The notes beneath the pieces are model-generated. The model did no database searches. It was not told the origin of the DNA and saw only the letters and a list, made by a program, of their open reading frames with translations. This document shows, one piece after another, positions 58,515-64,000 of a stretch of 64,000 bases of DNA (positions within the stretch are counted from its first letter, which is position 1; each line of letters starts with the position of its first letter). The stretch covers positions 64,001-128,000 of IMG/VR virus record IMGVR_UViG_3300021255_005861; one strand, 5' to 3'. Made by a program: the position numbers and the translations under genes. This DNA comes from a virus (taxonomy: Duplodnaviria; Caudoviricetes).

Positions 58515-58538
58515 GCCCACGTGCTATAAGTTAAGATA

Positions 58539-58571
58539 GGGCTACGGGAAATTCCTCCCGTAGCCATTTTT
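58539..58571 (+). terminator. Intrinsic terminator
   Basis: GGCTACGGGA/TCCCGTAGCC followed by a T run. Confidence 0.7.
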
Positions 58572-58587
58572 CCCGTAAGGAAACAAC

Positions 58588-58857
58588 ATGTTCAGTTACA
58601 AGTACAACGGGGATAGGGATCTCCTCAAGAACGCAAGGATAAACAAGAAGAGGGCGGTAGCGGTGCATTCGTGCTGCGACTGCGGTTCTACCGAGGACAC
58701 CCGCCCCATCGGGCCGAACACATACATGTGCAAGGCATGCCTGCTGAAGCCCGTGGACGGGATGGACAAAAATTCCTCCCCGTACGGCTACACTTTCGTC
58801 AATAATAATGTATTTTTAGAGCATGGACAAGCTGAAGAACATAAGGGTGACGCATAG
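58588..58857 (+). CDS. Small zinc-ribbon protein
   Basis: CCDC..CKAC. Confidence 0.55.
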   Translation: MFSYKYNGDRDLLKNARINKKRAVAVHSCCDCGSTEDTRPIGPNTYMCKACLLKPVDGMDKNSSPYGYTFVNNNVFLEHGQAEEHKGDA

Positions 58858-59641
58858 GCTGTGGGCTAACATCTCGCGGTGGGGACGGCTGTCCCCGAAG
58901 TACCTCGTCATCCACTTCACGTCGGGTATAGGCGACAGCGCCGACCTGGCACCGGCAATGTTCAAAATATACAAGACCTACGTGGATAGGGGAAGCAACG
59001 CCCACTACATGGTGGGCAGGTCCGAGATATGGGAGATGGTGGATCCCAAGACCTACTACACGAAGTACTCATGCGGGTCGCCCGTAGGGAAGAAGAACGC
59101 CTGCAGGATACCCGACTGGGGCGTCACGGCATATCAAGGCCCGCTGTCCATGAGCCACGCTGGCCTGGCCGGGCACACGAACACGATAAACGTGGAGGTG
59201 TGCTCGCTAAAGCTGGGGCCGAAGCGTTGCTCCCCGATGGACGACGGGTGGTACTTCCACCCGGACACGTACGGCAACGCGGTGCGGCTGTCCGCGTGGA
59301 TATGCGAGGAATTCGGCATCAAGGTGTCGAACATCATCATGCACAACCAGATCACGGGCAAGCTCTGCCCCGCGATGTGGTGCAACCGGGACGGGGCGGA
59401 GGCGCAGTTCGAGCAGTTCAAGATGGATGTGGGTGCACTCTTGAACGACGCCCCCGTACCCGAACCCCCGAAGGCGCCCGCGGGCGGCACGGTAAAGGTG
59501 TCCGCGGGCTCGCTGTTCTACGCCAAGCCCGATGCCGGCGGTATCGTGCTGGCGCAGGCCAAGGCCGACATGTCGCTGGAGTACACCATAAAGAACGGCC
59601 TGTTCGTATATACGGACATGGGATGGGTCATTTCCAACTAG
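58823..59641 (+). CDS. N-acetylmuramoyl-L-alanine amidase (endolysin)
   Basis: YLVIHFT, AHYMV, INVEVC, IIMH....K.CP. Confidence 0.88.
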   Translation: MDKLKNIRVTHRLWANISRWGRLSPKYLVIHFTSGIGDSADLAPAMFKIYKTYVDRGSNAHYMVGRSEIWEMVDPKTYYTKYSCGSPVGKKNACRIPDWGVTAYQGPLSMSHAGLAGHTNTINVEVCSLKLGPKRCSPMDDGWYFHPDTYGNAVRLSAWICEEFGIKVSNIIMHNQITGKLCPAMWCNRDGAEAQFEQFKMDVGALLNDAPVPEPPKAPAGGTVKVSAGSLFYAKPDAGGIVLAQAKADMSLEYTIKNGLFVYTDMGWVISN

Positions 59642-59650
59642 GAGACTTTC

Positions 59651-60088
59651 ATGATTACGCTGAAGAAAATGGCAAGCCAGTTCTACGACCTCTTCAAGAA
59701 CGTGAAGCCCACGCCGAAGGTGCGCCACCTGCGTATCCTTACGTGGGGCGACGACGTAGTGTTCCAAGGTTCGTGCATGGGCACGCAAGGGCTGTACACG
59801 ATGGACATACGCCTGCGCAAGGACGAGGAGGGGAAGGTATCGTACCTCTCCCCCGTGTCCGACATCTTCTGCGGGTGTCCCGCCTTCAAGTACTACGTGC
59901 AGGACCCCTTGGCCAAGGCCGGGTCCGCCGAGCCCACGGGACACGTGAATATGCGTATCAACAACCCGAAGCAGATTCCCGCTCCCTGCAAGCATCTCTA
60001 CGCATACATTCAGTACATAATGACGAGGGGACTCATTACGCAGGCCAACATGCGAAGCGCCAAGTCTGCCTTGAAGGACGTTAAGTAG
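59651..60088 (+). CDS. SWIM zinc-finger protein
   Basis: CGCPAF...PCKHL. Confidence 0.75.
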   Translation: MITLKKMASQFYDLFKNVKPTPKVRHLRILTWGDDVVFQGSCMGTQGLYTMDIRLRKDEEGKVSYLSPVSDIFCGCPAFKYYVQDPLAKAGSAEPTGHVNMRINNPKQIPAPCKHLYAYIQYIMTRGLITQANMRSAKSALKDVK

Positions 60089-60092
60089 CCCG

Positions 60093-62834
60093 ATGTCGTT
60101 CCTGTCCTCCATAGTATCCAAGTTCGGCAAGCCCGACGAGGGCGGTATCGGCGACGACAATTCGTCCCAGGCCGCCAAGGACAACAACCCGTACATCGCG
60201 GGCCCGGCGCTCGGCGCTCGCAACGCCTATGATGCGATATACTCGGCTGTCCGGTGGATGGCCGAGGGCAAGCGCAAGTCGCTGGAAACGATAGACGCGT
60301 GGCTGCGCGAGTGGGAGAAGGAGATAGACCGGATCGCGGCGCAGTACGAGGAACTGCTCAAGAAGATAGGTGACGTCATGGGCAGCGCCGAGGCGACGTT
60401 CACGATGGACCTCGCCAAGGAGGCGTGGGAAATAATCCAGGGCTCGCCCGAGCTCCGCAGGTACATGGGCGAAGCCAACTATTGGTACCTGCACGACACG
60501 TTGGGACTGCTGGCTACGCAGACCGGGTCGATGACCGCGGAACTTATGGAGGGCGTCAAGGCGGCGCTGAAGGCCACCATACTGGCTGTCCTGTCCGCTA
60601 CCGACGGCCTGCTCCAGGTGGAGAGCTACTACGGGCGGATAGCGCAGTACTGGGGCGGCCTCTACCAGAAGATGCTCCCCCTCCCGCTTACGGACAGCAT
60701 CTGCCCGCAGGTCACCTGCGCTTACTACTACAAGCCCACGCACGTTACCGATAGGGACGGGTACGTCCTCGAGAACCCCGTACCCGGAAACGGCTTCTCG
60801 CCCATACCGCTACCGCTACCCGACGTGGAAACGGCGGGCAGGTACGGTCTGCCCAGCGCCTTCCCCGATTACCAGGACCCGGCGTCGTGGTACGTGGACG
60901 GGGTCGGACGCACCCCGTGGTACATGCAGACCTCGATGGATATGTTCTGGCGCTCCCTTAACTACTGGGGCAGTTCCTACAGGGACTCCGTACCCCCGCT
61001 CGTAGGCATCGTATACGGGCAACGTGACTATACCGCCCGAGAGGATGGGGAGCACCCGTTGATAGTGGGGAAGACCTTCGCCCAGCTCGACACGTCCCTT
61101 ACCGCCATATCCGGCGGGAACACCGCATCGTCCAAGATTTCCGATATCCTCGGAGCGGTATTCACCGAGGACGTGGTCCCGTACCTGAACGAGTGGCAGG
61201 AGGCCTACGAGGCCATGCGGGATATTGTATTTAACTGGGCGGCAACCAACGGAATTAACTCCGTTACCGACCTGTACTACGCCACGGTTGGCAATACTCG
61301 TGCACTGTTCGCGCTCAAGGCGTACCTGGATTCAAGCGCCGACTACAAGACGGCACGTGAAAGACTTATAGGGGCATGGAACGGGATGGTTAATGCCTCG
61401 GGTACCGGATCCTATGCCGACTTCTACAGGGAGTGTCTGCGGGTGCTCCAGGAGGTGGCGCATGCTACGGGAGACCTCAAGGGCGAGAACGTGTATGCCA
61501 TGCCCGTTCCGATGGCGCTGTCCACGGACCCCGTCGTGAGTGTTGTAGATGGCGTTACCCTAGCAGCCCCGCAGTCCCCTGACATGTACGGGCTCCGCGG
61601 CATGGTAACAATTACGGGATGGGCGGCATCTCCTACAACTGACTATAGCGACGTGTTTGGCGTGGGTCGTTTTATCCTGCCGTCCGTGCAGGGTTTCGTC
61701 ATGTTCCCCCAGGACTACACTCCCGCGATGTACTCGGACGCATTGTGGTACCCCGTGGCGTACATGAGGCAACTGTCCGTTCTTACCAACAATGTTGATA
61801 TCGGGGTGGGAGAGGCTACCGTCAAGGGCGACTCCGAGATACTGCGCTACTCCTACGGGACGGCGTGGAACGCATCGGACACGGTGGGTACGCCCCCGTC
61901 GGCATTGTCTGACCCGGACGCCTGCGGGGTGGCGGATCCCGCCATTGTCGGCGACCGCTACATGTTCTGCAACCTGTTGTTCCCAGACGGCGTGATAGTT
62001 TCCGACGGGAGCATGTCCGACGCCCCGGACACCTTCGTTACCATATACCGGAAGTACGCCACTGCGTACATGGCATCCGAGGAACTAGCTGACGAGGTTG
62101 GGTACTCCATACGGGAGGGCCGCCAGGTCCTGTTCCCGTGCTTCGGCGTGTACGGCGAGTGGCTCGGAATGTACTCTTGGGAGTTCCGCGAGATGCCCTC
62201 GTCCACGTTCGGCGCCACCTATGCCCGCTGCAGAAGCGGGAGCGACCTCTACTACGAGAAGACGAGGCCATCTCACGTCGTGTTCCGCCACTCCCGCTAT
62301 TACTCCGACACGCGGGCCATGTCCATGACCATATACCACGAGGCCATAGCTCACTCCGAGCGCTCCGCCGGTGAGGAGAGGTACGACTTCTACGTGTTCC
62401 CTATGGAGAGCGTGTCTATAGGTACGCACAGGGACGGGGACTACGACCTCGGCAGCCTGTGGCCCGTCAACGTGACCAAGGACGGGGTCGGATACCGCTA
62501 CATAACTATGCGCAACGCCATTCCGAAGTGTCCCAAGTACGTGGACCCCGAGCTGTGGTCGTTCATGGACCTCGTGCACGAACTCTACTTCCTCGCCGAG
62601 AGCCTGTCGGGGCTGTGCGCGGACAACGGGGAGCGGATGGACAATATCGAGAAGACGCTCTCGGACTTCGGGCTCGAGCCCCCGCAGTTCCTCGGGCAGC
62701 TTCCCGCCGACAACGGGAAGCACATCGACTACAAGTTTACTATATTCCAACAGTACGCGGACAGGCTGAAGAAGGCGCTGGACAACGTCTACTCCCTGCG
62801 CGACAAGATTTTCAAGGCTACCGAGAACTGGTAG
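60093..62834 (+). CDS. Large hypothetical (probably virion) protein
   Basis: 913 aa clean ORF with helical termini. Confidence 0.7.
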   Translation: MSFLSSIVSKFGKPDEGGIGDDNSSQAAKDNNPYIAGPALGARNAYDAIYSAVRWMAEGKRKSLETIDAWLREWEKEIDRIAAQYEELLKKIGDVMGSAEATFTMDLAKEAWEIIQGSPELRRYMGEANYWYLHDTLGLLATQTGSMTAELMEGVKAALKATILAVLSATDGLLQVESYYGRIAQYWGGLYQKMLPLPLTDSICPQVTCAYYYKPTHVTDRDGYVLENPVPGNGFSPIPLPLPDVETAGRYGLPSAFPDYQDPASWYVDGVGRTPWYMQTSMDMFWRSLNYWGSSYRDSVPPLVGIVYGQRDYTAREDGEHPLIVGKTFAQLDTSLTAISGGNTASSKISDILGAVFTEDVVPYLNEWQEAYEAMRDIVFNWAATNGINSVTDLYYATVGNTRALFALKAYLDSSADYKTARERLIGAWNGMVNASGTGSYADFYRECLRVLQEVAHATGDLKGENVYAMPVPMALSTDPVVSVVDGVTLAAPQSPDMYGLRGMVTITGWAASPTTDYSDVFGVGRFILPSVQGFVMFPQDYTPAMYSDALWYPVAYMRQLSVLTNNVDIGVGEATVKGDSEILRYSYGTAWNASDTVGTPPSALSDPDACGVADPAIVGDRYMFCNLLFPDGVIVSDGSMSDAPDTFVTIYRKYATAYMASEELADEVGYSIREGRQVLFPCFGVYGEWLGMYSWEFREMPSSTFGATYARCRSGSDLYYEKTRPSHVVFRHSRYYSDTRAMSMTIYHEAIAHSERSAGEERYDFYVFPMESVSIGTHRDGDYDLGSLWPVNVTKDGVGYRYITMRNAIPKCPKYVDPELWSFMDLVHELYFLAESLSGLCADNGERMDNIEKTLSDFGLEPPQFLGQLPADNGKHIDYKFTIFQQYADRLKKALDNVYSLRDKIFKATENW

Positions 62835-62847
62835 CGACGGAGGATTC

Positions 62848-63996
62848 ATGCTTACCAATCCTAACTGGAACGTACATACGAACTATGCGGTAAACGACGT
62901 ATTTAAGCCGGTCGCCGCGAACCAGCTCGTATCGACCATCCCTTACGACTACGTCATCACGCAGGCCATGCTGGACTGGGGTGTCGCCAATGCCAGCGAC
63001 TCCAACGGAATCGACATCGCGAAGGTGCTCAAGAAGGGGGACACGGGCAGTACTGCCGGCATAACTTCCAAGAAGCGTATCTCCGTAATGCTGGACTGCG
63101 ATACCGACTCGACTATGACGCTGAACTTCCGTAACCTTGTTGGATCCCCGTGGTTCGCTGAGGGGCAGGGCACCAACACCCTGGACATCTATCCGAAGGC
63201 ACCGTTCATATTTACCGGGCGCTCGGGACCGACATATATCTATAACGGATACAAGAACTTTGTAATCATCCTGGACACCGTCCAGCAGGCAACCCTGTAT
63301 GTGGGTGTGTTCACGTGCACCTCGAATATCCCGTGGAGTACTGGTTCGTTTATCTACGAGGCCGTCCAGGGCAACAACGTACCTTCCGGCGCAAGTGTCG
63401 TCCATACCGCATGGATGACGAACAAGGTGCCCGTGAGCGTATCCGACATATCCGACTTGCCCTCGTTGACCGCGGACATGTTCATCCTGCACAGTGGGAA
63501 TATGATACAGGACCAAGTGGATAATACTACGTTCACAGTCATCCAGGAGAAACTGGGTAGTAATATTGTACCATACCTCGTTACGTCCTATTCGGAAGGC
63601 CTTAACAAATTCTGTCCCTTGATAAATATAGAGGCGGGCTGTATTCCAGTGTTCCGTGACGAGAGTGGTAAACGCAACCTTCGCTTGGAATACGATAGTA
63701 CTCAACAGGTGTACAAGTGGAATATCGTGAACGACTTTAAATTCCCTGGCCTCATCCAGTTCCCCGGAGCGGGGGTAACGCAGCTTGACGTCTATAATAT
63801 GCTTGTGGAAAATATTACGGCCAACGGACTGCCCAAGCTCGCATATACTCCGTCGGGGTCGCAGACGTTCCTTGTCCCTGGTACGTCATATTTAAAACTA
63901 AGCAATACCTCGTATAATTTCTATTGGACGTATTCCTCCGGGAGCACTACCAATACCTTGTGGATGAACGGACAGGGTACATGGAATATTGATTGA
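62848..63996 (+). CDS. Hypothetical beta-rich protein
   Basis: RBS GGAGG; clean ORF. Confidence 0.65.
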   Translation: MLTNPNWNVHTNYAVNDVFKPVAANQLVSTIPYDYVITQAMLDWGVANASDSNGIDIAKVLKKGDTGSTAGITSKKRISVMLDCDTDSTMTLNFRNLVGSPWFAEGQGTNTLDIYPKAPFIFTGRSGPTYIYNGYKNFVIILDTVQQATLYVGVFTCTSNIPWSTGSFIYEAVQGNNVPSGASVVHTAWMTNKVPVSVSDISDLPSLTADMFILHSGNMIQDQVDNTTFTVIQEKLGSNIVPYLVTSYSEGLNKFCPLINIEAGCIPVFRDESGKRNLRLEYDSTQQVYKWNIVNDFKFPGLIQFPGAGVTQLDVYNMLVENITANGLPKLAYTPSGSQTFLVPGTSYLKLSNTSYNFYWTYSSGSTTNTLWMNGQGTWNID

Positions 63997-64000
63997 TGAA

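Noticed and set aside
1-64000. CRISPR array, or Cas12f assignment for the RuvC proteins
   Set aside because: No repeat-spacer array found; transposon-type ends flank most copies
1-64000. Stop-codon reassignment as in some jumbo phages
   Set aside because: Conserved genes are intact in the standard code and end at TAG, TGA and TAA with tight gene packing; no suppressor tRNA seen

Overview
This window is part of a large, apparently lytic, T4-like/jumbo tailed phage genome. It is GC-rich with AT-rich inserted modules, uses the standard genetic code, and most genes are on the + strand. Two FISUMP domains suggest a Fibrobacter-type host (inference). Recognisable core genes are an intein-containing large terminase, a gp21-like prohead protease, tail fibres, a primase, a beta-clamp-like protein, a PD-(D/E)XK exonuclease, an amidase endolysin and RtcB. 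Accessory elements are an apparently active diversity-generating retroelement (TR/VR with 10 adenine-only mismatches, convergent RT, no avd), five TnpB-bearing elements, two orphan IS200/IS605 right-end relics, and a six-tRNA cluster. Three observations look possibly undescribed. (1) A leader-peptide attenuator precedes the tRNA operon, and 16 of its 27 codons specify the amino acids of the downstream tRNAs; a C33 tRNA-Lys and RtcB sit nearby, suggesting a tRNA-depletion-sensing counter-defence circuit. (2) About 16 unrelated proteins share an N-terminal M-x-[IK]-I-[KR]-V-[HNSR]-E tag, and polyproteins are joined by ESKK linkers, suggesting a capsid-targeting and protease-processing cargo system. 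(3) A ~650 nt highly structured non-coding region lies behind its own promoter and terminator. All family assignments come from motif recognition by eye; no searches were run.
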